DNA of 64,000 nucleotides from Hemiscyllium ocellatum (taxonomy: Eukaryota), in assembly GCF_020745735.1 (NCBI RefSeq), contig NC_083402.1, positions 7,750,001 to 7,814,000 on the forward strand. Direction: 5' to 3'. A model generated the notes under the pieces. It searched no databases and was not told where the DNA came from. It saw only the letters and a list, made by a program, of their open reading frames with translations. The position numbers and the translations under genes are program-made. This document shows, piece after piece, positions 36,690-49,881 of this stretch. Position 1 is the stretch's first letter. Each line of letters starts with the position of its first letter.

Positions 36690-39600
36690 CTCCTTTTTTG
36701 AGGTATTTTAGGTGCCGGAGGTGATTTCCTCAAATTCCAGGAGCAGCAATTACTGTTTTATCTGCTGTTGCATTGTTTTGGGACGTTGGGAAAAAAAAGT
36801 CAAAACAACATCAGTTTTAAAAGGGAGAAGAACAGACAAAGGAAGCACCTGGTGAGGACAGTGCAGGAGAGAGAGAGAGAGAGAGAGAGAACCTGCACAG
36901 TTACTGCCTTTGCTGTTTTTGAATTCATGTTTCGCTGGACATTGGAGTGCATTTGGGAAAATTAACAAACAGTGAATTTCACAACTAATCTTGGAGGAAC
37001 CAGTTTGGGCGAAGTTCACAGCACAGAATCAGATAAGTTAATTGTTGTTTTATATCTGTCCAAGAGAAAGGCTGTATTAGTGAGTACAGTGGGTTCTTTC
37101 TTGATTTTATGTTTTTGGAGATAAGTCTCTTGATTAAACTTAAAATATAAGCCATAGCTATTAATTTAACCTGGGGCAGTGTTTTGTAGAGAAATAAGAA
37201 AGTGTTATTTTCTGGGTCTGTAGATTGTGAAGGAGCAAAAATGGCCTTTGCAGTGATATGTACTTCTTGTCAGATGTGGGAGTTTAAAGAGAGTTTTAGG
37301 GTTACTGCGGATTATATCTGCCATAAATGCTGTTGGATGCGAATCTTATCAAATCGAGTGGATCAGTTGGAGAGACAGATAGTGTTGCTGTTGCAAATTC
37401 CTCATCGCTTCTATGTGATGGATGGCAGTTATCGGAAAGGGGGAAAGTCTCAGATACAGTCACATAGATGAGTTAACTCCAGGAAGGGTAAGAAAGGTAG
37501 GCACTTAGGGCAGGAGTCTTTTGTGGATATACCTATTTCGAACAGGTATGCTGTTTTGGAAAATGTAGGGGTGTGATGGATTCTCAGGGGAACGTAGCAC
37601 GAACAGCCAGGTTTCTGGTATTGAGACTGGCTCTAATGCAACAGGGGGTAAGTTGGCTTCGAAGAAAACAATTGTGTTTGGGGATTCTGTAGTCCGAGGT
37701 ACAGAAAGACGTTTCTGTGGCCAGCAGAGAAAGAGCAGAATGGTGTGTTGTTTCCCTGGTGCCAGGATCAAGGATGTCTCCGAGAGGATGCAGAATGTTC
37801 TCACAGGGGAGAGGGGCCAGCAAGAGGTCATTGTCCACATTGGAACCAACGATATAGGAAGGGAAAGGGTTGAGATTCTGAAGGGAGATTACAGAGAGTT
37901 AGGCAGAAATTTAAAAAGGAGGTCCTCAAGGGTAGTAACATCTGGATTACTCCCAGTGCTATGAGCTAGAGAGGGCAGGAATAGTAGGAAAGAGCAGATG
38001 AATGCATGGCTGAGGAGCTGGTGTATGGGAGAAGGATTCACATTTTTGGATCATTGGAATCTCTTTTGGGGTAGAAGTGACCTGTACAAGATGGATGGAG
38101 TGCACCTAAAGTGGAAGGGGACTAATATACTGGCAGGGAAATTTGCTAGAACTGCTTGGAAGGATTTAAACTAGTAAGGTTTGGGGGAGGGTGGGGGTGG
38201 GGTGGAACCCAGGGAGATAGTGAGGAAAGAGATCAATCTGAGACTGGTACAGTTGAGAACAGAAGTGAGTCAAACAATCAGGGCAGGAAGGGACAAGGTA
38301 GGACTAATAAATTAAACTGCATTTATTTCATTGCAAGTGGCCTAACAGGGAAGGCAAATGAACTCAGAACATGGGACTCGGATATCATAGCAATTACAGA
38401 AACATGGCTCAGGGATGGACAGGACTGGCAGCTGAATGTTCCAGGATACAAATGCTACAGGAAGGATAGAAAGGGAGGCAAGAGAGGAGGGCGAAGTGGC
38501 ATTTTTGATAAGGGATAGCATTACAGCTGTGCTGAGAGAGGATATTCCCGGAAATACATCCAGGAAAGTTATTTGGGTGGAACTGAGAAATAAGAAAGGG
38601 ATGTTCACCTTATTGGGATTGTATTATAGACCCGCACCCCCCACCCCCCCCAATACTCAGAGGGAAATTGAGAAACAAACTTGTAAGGAGATCTCAGCTA
38701 TCTGTAAGAATAATAAGGTAGTTATTGTAGGGGATTTTAACTTTTCAAACATCGACTGGGACTGCCATAATGTTAAAGGTTTAGATGGAGATGAATTTCT
38801 TAAGTGTGAACAAGATAATTTTCTGATTCAGTATGTGGATGTACCTGGTAGACAAGGTGCAAAACTTGACCTACTCTTGGGAAATAAGGCAGGGCAGGTG
38901 ACTGAGGTGTCAGTGGCAGAGCACTTTGGGGCCAGCGACCATAATTCTATTCATTTTAATACAGTGATGGAAAAGGATAGACCAGATCTAAAAGTTGAAG
39001 TTCTAAATTGGAGAAAGGCCAATTTTGACGGTATTAGGCAAGAACATTCAAAAGCTAATTGGAGGTAGATGTTCACAGATAAAGGGAGGGCTGGAAAATG
39101 GGAAACCTTCAGAAATGAGCTAACAAGAATCCAGGGAAAGTATATTCCTGTCAGGGTGAAAGGGAAGGCTGGTAGGTATAGAGAATGCTGGATGACTCAA
39201 GAAATTGAGGGTTTGGTTATGAAAAAGAAGGAAGCATATATCAGGTATAGACAGGATAGATCAAGTGAATCCTGAGAAGAGTATAAAGGAAGTAGGAGTA
39301 TACTTAAGAGGGAAATCAGGAGGGCAAAAAGGGGACATGCGATAGCTTTGGCAAATAGAATTAAGGAGAATCCAAAGGGCTTTTACAAATATATTAAGGA
39401 CCAAAGTTTAACTCGGGAGAGAATTGGGCCCCTCAAAGATCAGCAAGGTGGCCTTTGTGTGGAGCCACAGAAAATGGGGGAGATACTAAATGAATATTTT
39501 GCATCAATATTTACTGTGGAAAAGGATATGGAAGATATAGACTGTAGGGAAATAAATGGTGACATCTTGCAAAATGTCGAGATTACAGAGGAGGAAGTGC

Positions 39601-42600
39601 TGGATGTCTTGAAACGATAATCCCCAGGAGCTGATCAGGTGCACCCGAGAACTCGGTGGGAAGCTAGAGAAGTGATTGTTGGGCTTCTTGCTGAGATGTT
39701 TGTATCATCGATAGTCACAGGTGAGGGGCCAGAAGACTGCAGATTGTCAAATGTGGTGCCATGTTTAAGAAAGGCAGTAAGGACAAGCCAGGAAACGATA
39801 GACCAGTGAGCTTGACCTCAGTGGTGGGCAAGTTGTTGGAGGGAACCCTGAGGGATAGGATTTACATGTATTTGGAAAGGCAAGGACTGATTAGGGATAG
39901 TCGACATGGTTTTATGCGTGGGAAATCATGTCTCACAAACTTGACTGAGTTTTTGAAGAAGTAACAAAGAAGATTGATGAGAGCAGAGCAGTAGATGTGA
40001 TCTATATGGACTTCAGTAAGGCGTTCGACAAGGTTCTCCATGGGAGACTGATTAGCAAGGTTAGATCTCATGGAATACAGGGAGAACTAGCCATTTGGAT
40101 ACAAAACTGGCTCAAAGGTAGAAGACAGAGGGTGCTGGAAGAGGGTTGTTTTTCAGACTGGAGGCCTGTGACCAGTGGAGTGCCACAGGGATTGGTGCTG
40201 GGCGCTGTAGTTTTTGTCATTTACATAAATGATTTGGATGCAAGCATAAGAGGTACAATTAGTAAGTTTGCAGATGACATCAAAATTAGAGGTGGAATAG
40301 ACAGTGAAGAAGGTTACCTCAGATTACAACAGGATCTTGACCAGATGGGCCAATGGGCTGAGAAGTGGCAGATGGTACTTAATTCAGATAAATGCAAGGT
40401 GCTGTATTTTGGGAAAGCAAATCTTAGCAGGACCTTTACACTTAACGGTAAGGTCCTTGAGAGTGTTGCTGAACAAAAGAACTTGGAGTGCAGGTTCATA
40501 GCTCCTTGAAAGTGGAGTCTCAGGCAGATAGGATAGTGAAGATGGCATTTGGTAAGCTTTCATTTATTGGTCAGAGTATTGAGTACAGGAGTTGGGAGGC
40601 CATGTTGCAGCTGTACAGGACATTGGTTAGGCCACTGTTGGAATATTGTGTGCAATTCTGGTCTCCTTCCTATTGGAAAGATGTTGTGAAACTTGAAAGT
40701 GTTCAGAAAAGATTTAAAAAGATGTTGCCAAGGTTGGAGGATTGAGCTATAGGGAGACTTTGAACAGGCTGGGGCTGTTTTCCCTGGAGCGTCGGTGGCT
40801 GTGAGGTGACCTTATAGAGGTTTACAAAATTATGAGGGGCATGGATAGGATAAATAGACAAAGTCTTTTCCCTGGGGTTGGGGAGTCCAGAACTAGAGGA
40901 CATAGGTTTAGGGTGAGAGGGAAAAGGTATAGAAGAGACAATGTTTTCACACAGAGGGTGGTACATGTATGGAATGAGCTGCCAGAGGATGTGGTGGAAG
41001 CTGGTACAATTACAACATTTAAGAGGCATTTATCAAGACAAAAGATGGAAAATTATAGGCCAATCAGCTTCACCTCGGTTGTTGGTAAAATTCTAGAATC
41101 CATCATTAAGGATGAGGTTTCTAAATTCTTGGAAGAGCAGAGTCTGATTAGAACAAGTCAACATGGTTTTAGTAAGGAGAGGTCATGCCTGACAAACCTG
41201 TTGGAATTTTTTGAAGAGGTAACAAGTAGGCTAGACCAAGGAAACCCAGTGGATGTGGTCTATCTAGACTTTCAAAAGGCCTTTGATAAGGTGCCACACG
41301 GGAGGCTGCTGAGCAAGGTGAGGGCCCATGGTGTTCGAGGTGAGCTGCTGGGATGGATTGAGGATTGGCTATCTAACAGAAGGCAGAGAGTTGGGATAAA
41401 AGGTTCTTTTTCAGAATGGCAGCCGGTGACGAGCGGTGTCCCGCAGGGTTCAGTGTTGGGGCCACAGCTATTTGGATTATATATTAATGATCTGGATGAG
41501 GGGACTGGGGGCATTCTAGCGAAGTTTGCTGATGAGACGAAGTTAGGTGGACAGGCAGGTAGTACTGAGGAAGTGGGGAGGCTACAGAAGGATCTAGACA
41601 GGTTGGGAGCGTGGTCCAGGAAATGGCTGATGGAATTTAACGTGAGCAAGTGCAGGGTCTTGCACTTTGGCAAAAAGAATAAAAGCATAGACTACTTTCT
41701 AAATGGTGAGAAAATTAGTAAAGCCAAAGTACAAAGGGATCTGGGAGTGCTAGTCGAGGATTCTCTAAAGGTAAACATGCAGGTTGAGTCTGAGATTAAG
41801 AAAGCGAATGCAATGTTGTCTCTTATTTCAAGAGGGTTGGAATATAAAAGCAGAGATGTGCTACTGAGACTTTATAAAGCTCTGGTTAGGCCCCATTTGG
41901 AGTACTGTGTCCAGTTTTGGTCCCCACACCTCAGGAAGGAGATACTGGCACTGGAACGTGTCCAGCGGAGATTCACACGGATGATCCCTGGAATGGCAGG
42001 TCTAACATATGAGGAACGGCTGAGGATCCTGGGATTGTATTCGTTGGAGTTTAGAAGATTGAGGGGAGACTTAATAGAGACGTACAAGATAATACATGGC
42101 TTGGAAAGGGTGGACGCTAGGAAATTGTTTCCGTTAGGCGAGGAGACTAGGACCCATGGACACAGCCTTAGAATTAGAGGGGGTCAATTCAGAACAGAAA
42201 TGCGGAGACATTTCTTCAGCCAGAGAGTGGTGGGCCTGTGGAATTCATTGCCACAGAGTGCAGTGGAGGCCGGGACGCTAAATGTCTTCAAGGCCGAGAT
42301 TGATAGATTCTTGTTGTCTCGAGGAATTAAGGGCTACGGGGAGAACGCTGGTAAGTGGAGTTGAAATGTCCATCAGCCATGATTGAATGGCGGAGTGGAC
42401 TCGATGGGCCGAATGGCCTTACTTCCACTCCTATGTCTTATGGTCTTATGGTCTTATGATCTTATGGATGGGTATATGAATAGGAAGGGTTTGGAGGAAT
42501 ATGGGCCGGGTGCTGGCAGGTGGGGCTAGATTGGGTTGGGACATCTGGTCGGCATGGACGGGTTGGACCGAAGGGTCTGTTTCCATGCTGTACATCTCTA

Positions 42601-42611
42601 TGACTCTATGA
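36690..42611 (+). mobile_element. Near full-length CR1 (5' UTR, ORF1 zinc-finger/esterase, ORF2, 3' tail), degraded, with a nested CR1
   Basis: ORF1 MAFAVICTSCQMWE...CHKC (37241) and GDSVVRG...HIGTND; APE 38300-39060; RT 39760-40750; 3' UTR resumes at ~42465. The 5' boundary is approximate. Confidence 0.9.
41032..42464 (+). mobile_element. Younger 5'-truncated CR1 (different subfamily) nested in the 3' end of the older CR1
   Basis: Uninterrupted RT frame to 42364 and (tggtctta)n tail; host sequence gaggcatt|tggatgggtatatg is split around it. Confidence 0.9.
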
Positions 42612-43879
42612 CCCAGAGCATTTCTACAACCACGTTTATATCAGTCACTGATGACCTTACCTTTTCAAAGCTGCGGTCAGATCCATTTGTTGTGAACCCC
42701 CTAAAGAGATAAAAATGATTCGTAAATATTTTGTTAAATTATGAACAAATTTGCCACATTGTCTCCACAGTTGGATGAGTCCCAAGCAAAACTATCCCTG
42801 ACCAATAATATATACATTTTGCACGGTTAGATACAGTGATCTCTTGAATCTCATCTGATTGCTAAAGCTTTACTCAGGAGTGTCCTCCTTAGCCCAGTCC
42901 AATATCAATAATGGACCAACAACAAAAACAGAAGTTGCTGGAAAAGCTCAGCAGGTCTGGCAGCATCTCTGAAGAGAAATCAGAGTTAATGTTTCAGGTC
43001 TGCTGACCCTTCCCCAGAACTGACGGTAGCTCAGAAAATATTGGCTTAAATGCAGGAGATAGGATGAGGGGAGGTGGTAAGATGTAAATGATAGTTGACC
43101 AAGTCAGATTAGAGTGTTTTACAATAATCAGTGGGAACAAGGGATCAGATGCAGGAAGATGTGTTCAGTCAAAGAGCAGAAACAAGAGACAAAGGTATTA
43201 ATATTGTTATGATCCCAGTTGATGTTATTACTGGACAAGTCAGGTCCCAGACTGAAACAGGTTTGCTCGAGCATATTTTGAGTTGTTTTTGTTTTTGATG
43301 AAATGGTCTCTCTCTGAAAGATAAGAGCACGATGCTGCAGAGTTTGCTGTCATACTATAGCAGAAGCTCATTCCCAAAAGGAATGAAGATAAAACATGTG
43401 TCTACTGAAGACATAAGTTCAAAAAAGTTTAAACATAGATTCAAACTTTATCACATTAATGCCAAAATACTTCTTTATAAATCAAAAATAATAAAAGCTC
43501 TGTGTCAACCCTAGCACTCATCCCCAGTACAGTACTCAAAAATACATCTTGTTTTATACCCAGAAAGACGACTTGGGCAAGACTAACCCCAGGGTCCCTG
43601 TTTCTAACACACTGGGAGATTTAATTTTGATCATAAGCGGTCAATGAGCTAAAGATCACTCATAAATTATGTGAAGGGAATGGTGAAGAGATACATTTAC
43701 AGATATCTCACGAGGAGTAATAGTTAACTGTAAAAAAATTAATGACAGTGTCAAACTGAAAGAAAACACAAATATTTACACAAAATAAAGGAACAGGTAA
43801 GAAGATTGGACAGGATATAAAAATCATCAAAGGCAACAAAATTCATAAGGAGGGAAAACTTACTGTACAGAGAAAGTTA

Positions 43880-46415
43880 GGCAGTAATAGTCCTAATAGT
43901 CCTAGAGAAGTAGAGGATAATATTGCGAGGATGATTCAGGAAAAGAGTGAAGGTAGCAGGGTGGTTGTTATGGGGGACTTTAACTTCCCAGATATTGACT
44001 GGGAGAGCTATAGCTCGAGTTCATTAGATGGGTCGGTGTTTGTCCAATGTGTGCAGGAGGGTTTCCTGACACAATATGTCGACAGGCCAACAAGAGGGGA
44101 GGCTATATTGGATTTGGTTCTAGGTAATGAACCAGGCCAGGTGTTAGACTTGGAGGTAGGTGAGCACTTCGGGGACAGTGACCACAACTCGGTGACTTTT
44201 ACTTTAGTGATGGAGAGGGATAATCGTGTGCCGCAGGGCAAGAGCTATAGCTGGGGGCAGGGAAATTATGATGCAGTGAGGCATGACTTAGGATGTGTGG
44301 ATTGGAAAAACAGGCTTCAAGGGAAGAACACTAATGAGATGTGGGGAGTGTTCAAGGAGCAGCTACTGCGTGTCCTCGATAGGTATGTACCAGTCAGGCA
44401 TGGTGTAAAGGGCCTTGTGAGGCAGCCGTGGTTTAGTAAGGAATTGGAGTCCCTTGTGAAAGGGAAGAAGGCGGCATATGTAAAGATGAGGCGTGAAGGT
44501 TCAGTAGGGGCGATTGAGTGTTATAAGGTAGCCAGGAAGGAGCTAAAGAGGGAGCTAAGAGAAGCGAGAAGGGGACATGAAAAGTCTTTAGCTGGTAGGA
44601 TTAGGGAAAACCCAAAGGCTTTCTATAGATATGTCAAGAATAAAAGGATGACTAGGGTAGGTATCGGTCCAGTCAAGGATAGTAGTGGGAAGTTGTGTGT
44701 GGAGGCGGAGGAGATTGGAGAGACATTAAATCAGTACTTTTCCTCAGTATTCACTCAGGAACAGGACACTGTTGCTGATGTGAATATGGAATCACAAATA
44801 ATTAGAATGGATGCCCTGGAAATATGCAGGGAAGAGGTTTTGGGAATATTGGAAAGGATGAATATAGATAAGTCTCCTGGGCCTGATGGCATTTACCCCA
44901 GGATCCTATGGGAAGCTAGGGAGGAGATAGCAGAGCCATTGGCCTGGATTTTTATGTCGTCGTTGTCAACAGGAATAGTACCAGAGGACTGGAGGATAGC
45001 GAATGTGGTCCCATTGTTCAAGAAAGGGAGTAGGGATAGCCCTAGCAACTATAGGCCAGTGAGTCTGACTTCAGTGGTGGGCAAAGTCTTAGAGAGAATG
45101 GTAAGGGATAAGATTTATGAACATCTGGGTAGGAATAACGTGATCAGGGATAGCCAGCATGGTTTTGTGAAGGGCAGGTCGTGCCTCACAAACCTTATTG
45201 AGTTCTTTGAGAAGGTGACCAAGGAAGTGGATGAGGGTAAAGCAGTAGATGTTGTGTATATGGATTTTAGTAAGGCGTTCGATAAGGTTCCCCATGGTAG
45301 GCTAATGCTAAAACTTCGGAGGTATGGCATTGAGGATACATTAGAGGTTTGGATTAGGAATTGGCTGGCTGGAAGGAGACAGAGGGTAGTAGTTGATGGA
45401 TTATGTTCATCTTGGAGCGCAGTTACTAGCGGTGTACCACAAGGATCTGTTTTGGGACCATTGCTTTTTGTTATCTTTATAAATGATCTAGAGGAAGGAC
45501 TTGAAAGCTGGGTAAGCAAGTTTGCGGATGACACAAAAGTCGGTGGAGTTGTGGATAGTGAGGAAGGAAGTGGTAGGTTACAGCGGGATATAGATAAGTT
45601 GCAGAGCTGGGCGGAAATGTGGCAAATGGAATTCAATGTAGCTAAGTGCGAAGTCGTTCACTTTGGTAGGAATAACAAGATGATGGATTACTGGGCTAAT
45701 GGTAGGCTACTTGGTAGTGTGGATGAGCAGAGGGATCTTGGTGTCCATGTACACAGATCTCTGAAAGTTGCCACCCAGGTAAATAGTGCTGTGAGGAAGG
45801 CATATGGTGTACTGGGCTTTATTGGCAGAGGAATTGAGTTCCGGAGTCCTGAGGTCATGTTGCAGTTGTATAAGACTCTGGTGCGGCCTCATCTGGAGTA
45901 TTGTGTGCAGTTTTGGTCGCCATACTATAGGAAGGATGTGGAAGCTTTAGAACGAGTGCAGAGGAGGTTTACCAGGATGTTGCCTGGAATGGTAGGAAAA
46001 TCTTATGAGGAAAGGCTGAGGCACTTGGGGCTGTTCTCATTGGAGAAGAGAAGGTTTAGGGGAGATCTGATAGAAGTGTATAAGATGATTAGGGGTTTAG
46101 ATAGGGTAGATACTAAGAACCTTTTACCGCTAATGGAGTCAGGTGTTACTAGGGGACACAGCTTTAAATTAAGGGGTGGTAGGTATAGGACAGAGGTTAG
46201 GGGTAGATTCTTCACACAGCGGGTTGTGAGTTCATGGAATGCCCTGCCCGTATCAGTGGTGAACTCTCCTTCTTTATGGTCATTTAAGCGGGCATTGGAT
46301 AGGCATTTGGAAGTTATTGGGCTAGTATAGGTTAGGTAGGATTCGGTCGGCGCAACATCGAGGGCCGAAGGGCCTGTACTGCGCTGTATCCTTCTATGTT
46401 CTCTATGTTCTATGT
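43880..46415 (+). mobile_element. 5'-truncated CR1 with intact 799-aa partial ORF2 (43931-46330)
   Basis: APE motifs GDFN and SDH, RT motifs [17 protein letters not shown] and FADD; (ctatgtt)n tail. Confidence 0.95.
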
Positions 46416-47678
46416 AATATAAGAGTGGATAGTTAGAGTTTCTCGAGACATTTTGCAGGTATGTTGGTGAGACAGCTGCATTGTGATGTACAGCATGGAT
46501 TCAATTACCACATTAGCTGATCTTACCACAAAGGTCCCAATTTTTCAAACTTCACCTCTTACTTGAGGTAAGATGATTATCAGGTTAAACACACCACCAG
46601 TCATCTGTTTCTCTCTCTCTCTCTCTCTCTCTGATCAGAGAACACCACTGTGGTCCTCTGGGAATATGGCAACGTTACATTTAGATGGTTTAAAAACAAC
46701 AGGAGTTTGTAGAATTAGTCATGGAAATGGCAATTGCATTAACTGGGTATTTTGCATTAGTCTTCAGGATAAGGGATACAAATAACATTCCAGATCATTA
46801 TAAATCCAGAAAATTCCAAACACCAGAGAAGTGGTCCTGAGTAAATCATTGATGCTGTGGACTGACCGTTCCCTGAGTCCCTGTTGGACTTCATCCCAGG
46901 GTCTTTAAAGAGGAGCTGCTGGGAAAATTGAACAATTGCTTTACATTTCCCACAATCCCCAAGGTTCTGGGCTGGTCCCACTGCCTTCAACAATAGCGAA
47001 TGTAACTCCTGTATTCAAAAAGAGACGATGTTTTTAATTTGACCAACCAGAGCAAAGGTAGGTCACGAGGTCAGCCCCAAACCAGACCAGTGCCTGAGCA
47101 CTGCCCCCACTGCACAGGCCCGAACAGGAGCCCATGTGACCATTCCAACCCGAGATGTCTGTTACTCAGACTATCTGAGGCACCAGGTTGTCTTTTTGCA
47201 GCAAATCAATTTGAACAATAAAAACACAAAAAGGAATTGTTTCAAATTGCAGCTTCCTTTATGTTCTATCGAGATTCTGTACTGAGTGGGAATGAATGGA
47301 AAAGATTTGGTCTGTTGGGATTCTGTCAAGTGGAAGTGAATGAGAAGACATTTTGGTGCATTGAGAGTTGGCAGTAATGGGGAGAAGAATGGGGATTAAT
47401 CCATCAGAGTTTAATAGAATGGATTGGAATGGCCTTGCTTGTGAAACAGCCTCAATCTTCAATCACCCATGAGTCAGACATCAGACAGTGGGTGATGCTA
47501 TTGAACAGGCCATCTTCACCCACCCTCCACCACCCACCAAAGACAAAGCCAGCGTTTTCAGAGAATGTACTGAAGAGGAGAGAGTCAGTGAGGGAAAATT
47601 AATCCAGGGCCATTGTTTATTGCTGTTTCAAAAACAGAACCATATTGTTTTATTAACCTCATTCTCTACAGAACCCAC

Positions 47679-47795
47679 CTCCTTTCTTCCTGAAGGTGAT
47701 GAAGATGATGACAATGATGATGAGGAGGAGCAGGAGGATGAGCAGTGGAATGACCAGCGAATATACTGAGACATACTGAGCAGGCTGAGTCTTCA
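47679..47795 (-). CDS. Transmembrane exon (x)KTQPAQYVSVYSLVIPLLILLLLLIIIVIIFITFRKKG, phase 1-1, no charged TM residue
   Basis: ttgctgttttacAG acceptor, AG|GTGGGT donor, 117 nt; hydrophobic run followed by an RKK stop-transfer cluster. Confidence 0.9.
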
Positions 47796-48162
47796 CTGTA
47801 AAACAGCAAGAACAACATTGGTTAGTAATATCTCAATGTTGCTGCAGTGAATCCTGTAGCAGGGTGATAGAGTGTGAGATTAAATGTACACATTGGGCAT
47901 TCTTTGACAGAACAAAGCAGTTCATCCCCCTCCCTCTGTCCGTCCCTATAACCTTGTAACTTGCTCCTTTCCGAATACTGATCCCTTGTTTCTGAAAGAT
48001 GCCCCTGTTGAATCTGTTTCCATCACCCTGTCAGGCAGTGCTTTCCAGATCAGGACAATTCTTGAAGGAGGCAGCTGCTTAATTCTGTGACACAGAACAG
48101 AAGGTGAGATGGATATTTTACATCATTCCACAGGGCAGTTGTTGGATCCGGTGCTGACTTGC

Positions 48163-48215
48163 CCGGTCTCAGCTGGATAATGGGAAGGACAGATTTAGCT
48201 CCAGCTCCCCCCGGA
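48163..48215 (-). CDS. Candidate short stalk exon (GGAGAKSVLPIIQLRP), 53 nt, apparently 1 nt short
   Basis: aattcttctctccctcAG acceptor and G|GCAAGT GC-type donor. The frame is open from phase 1 only if one more G is added to the G6 run. Confidence 0.35.
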
Positions 48216-49534
48216 CTGAGGGAGAGAAGAATTGGTAATAGTGACTGTCCTCGGGATTCCGGCACACCAGATGTTGTCATGAAGGAATCAATAACAAATA
48301 TTGCTGGAGAAACTCTGCAGGTCTGGCAGCTATCTGTGGACAGAACTCAGAATGAAAGCTTTGAGTCCAGTGATCCTTCATCAGAACTGACAGCTGCTAA
48401 GGAAACTGTTGACAGGGGATTATGGGACTGGGGTGGGAGTGGGGAAAATGAGTGAGAGGCTGGGTGGTGACTGAGCCCAGAAGGTGAGAAAGACAGTCAC
48501 ATAGACAAAGGGACACTGAATGGCCCTCCAGGGAGAAAGACAATGTGATAATGGGGACCAGGAAGTAGGTGAAAGCAGCTCATGTCATTACCAGGCCTGA
48601 GATGTGCTGTGGTGGGATTTGAACCTATGATCTGATGTCTGGATTGGTCACCCAGTTACAGTAGCAGAAAAGCGCCACCTTTCTTTATAACCCATGTGTG
48701 AATGCAGGACGAGGATTGGTTCCACATTGTTGTGCTTCCTCACACAGTCAGATGGACACTGGGGGAACATACTAGCATTGATGGAAGTATTCCTGATGAA
48801 GATGTGAACACTTTCATTGTAACCAAGAGGGACACATTAAGCTGTTGCACCTTCCTGCTCGAGGAGATGATCTCAGTGTCAGTATAACTTTGGTGCATTT
48901 GGAGATTGTACTGAATGTTCTGAGTGTGTCAATGTCTTTCAATACTGACATCAGAATGAACCTAAAAGAATCAGCTCATGAAATTACACTAAACATTTCA
49001 AAAATCAAATTTCAAACACAAAAGCAAAATATTGCAGATGCTGAGAATTTGAAATAAAAATCAAATAGTCTGCAGGCCAGCTAATACCTGTGGAGAGAAA
49101 CAGGTTCACATTTTAGTTCAATGACCTTTCACTAGAAAATCAAATTGTAAAATGTTCACACAATCTGTTCCACCCACGCTATCGACCCTTCACAGACTAA
49201 AGCCTTTATCATGGTTATTAAGTTGTGAGGGTGTGACTGGCTCAGTCAGCCTTTCTTACTGTGGGTATGGAGTCACATGTAGGCCAGGCCAGGTTAGAAT
49301 GGCAGTTTCCTTCTCTAAAGGACATCAATGACCCAGATGGGGATTTACAACAATCAACAGTGGTCACACAGCCATCGCTAGATTCTTACTTTGACAATTT
49401 ATTTGATTTCACATTGTACCATCTGCCAAGGTGGGATTTGAACCCTGGTCCCCAGAACATTACCTGGGTCTCTGGATTAATAGTCCAGCAATAATACCAT
49501 CAGTTGTTGCCTTTTTTGCAGAATAATTTCTGAC

Positions 49535-49881
49535 ATGTACCAGTAGCCGGGTTTCCTTCGGGATCAGATACTGAGAATCAGGTTCTAACCTGTATTCCAC
49601 CAGACACAGGAAAGTGTGATTGTCCCTCACTCTCAGCTGGTTTATCCTGGTCGAGGCGTTTCCCTCCTCTGGGTTCCCGATGAGCTCGTACCGATTTCCA
49701 CCGTGTCCAGTTGTCCGAGTTCCCTGTGATTGGGCTGTAAATGTAACGATGTGTTGGTAGGGCTCCTTCCTCATCCAGGTAACAGTGGTCAGGGTGTGGG
49801 AGTCCCAGCTCCTGAAGATACAGGGTAAAGTAACTAAATCTCCCTCTGTCCCAGTCACCACTGAGACATTTCCCTGAGCAG
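49535..49881 (-). CDS. Ig V-set exon V1, Siglec-15/PILR-like; donor shifted by 1 nt
   Basis: ccttcctcAG acceptor; VTLPC...VTW...RYELIGNPEEGNASTRI...DNHTFLCLVE. Ends CAT|GTCAGA versus CATG|GTAAGA in the paralog. Confidence 0.88.

Noticed and set aside
45115-45636. Long antisense ORFs over CR1 RT (also 41272-41688 and 56746-57264)
   Set aside because: Shadow frames of CR1 coding sequence, recurring in each copy.
46757-46993. Minus ORF containing SMIYSG as another tyrosine-motif exon
   Set aside because: The plus strand here is a CR1 remnant (KSPG...HPRVLKE...NVTPVFKK-like).
47488-47769. Acidic plus-strand ORF (EGDEDDDNDDEEEQEDE)
   Set aside because: It is the antisense reading of the Leu/Ile-rich TM exon.
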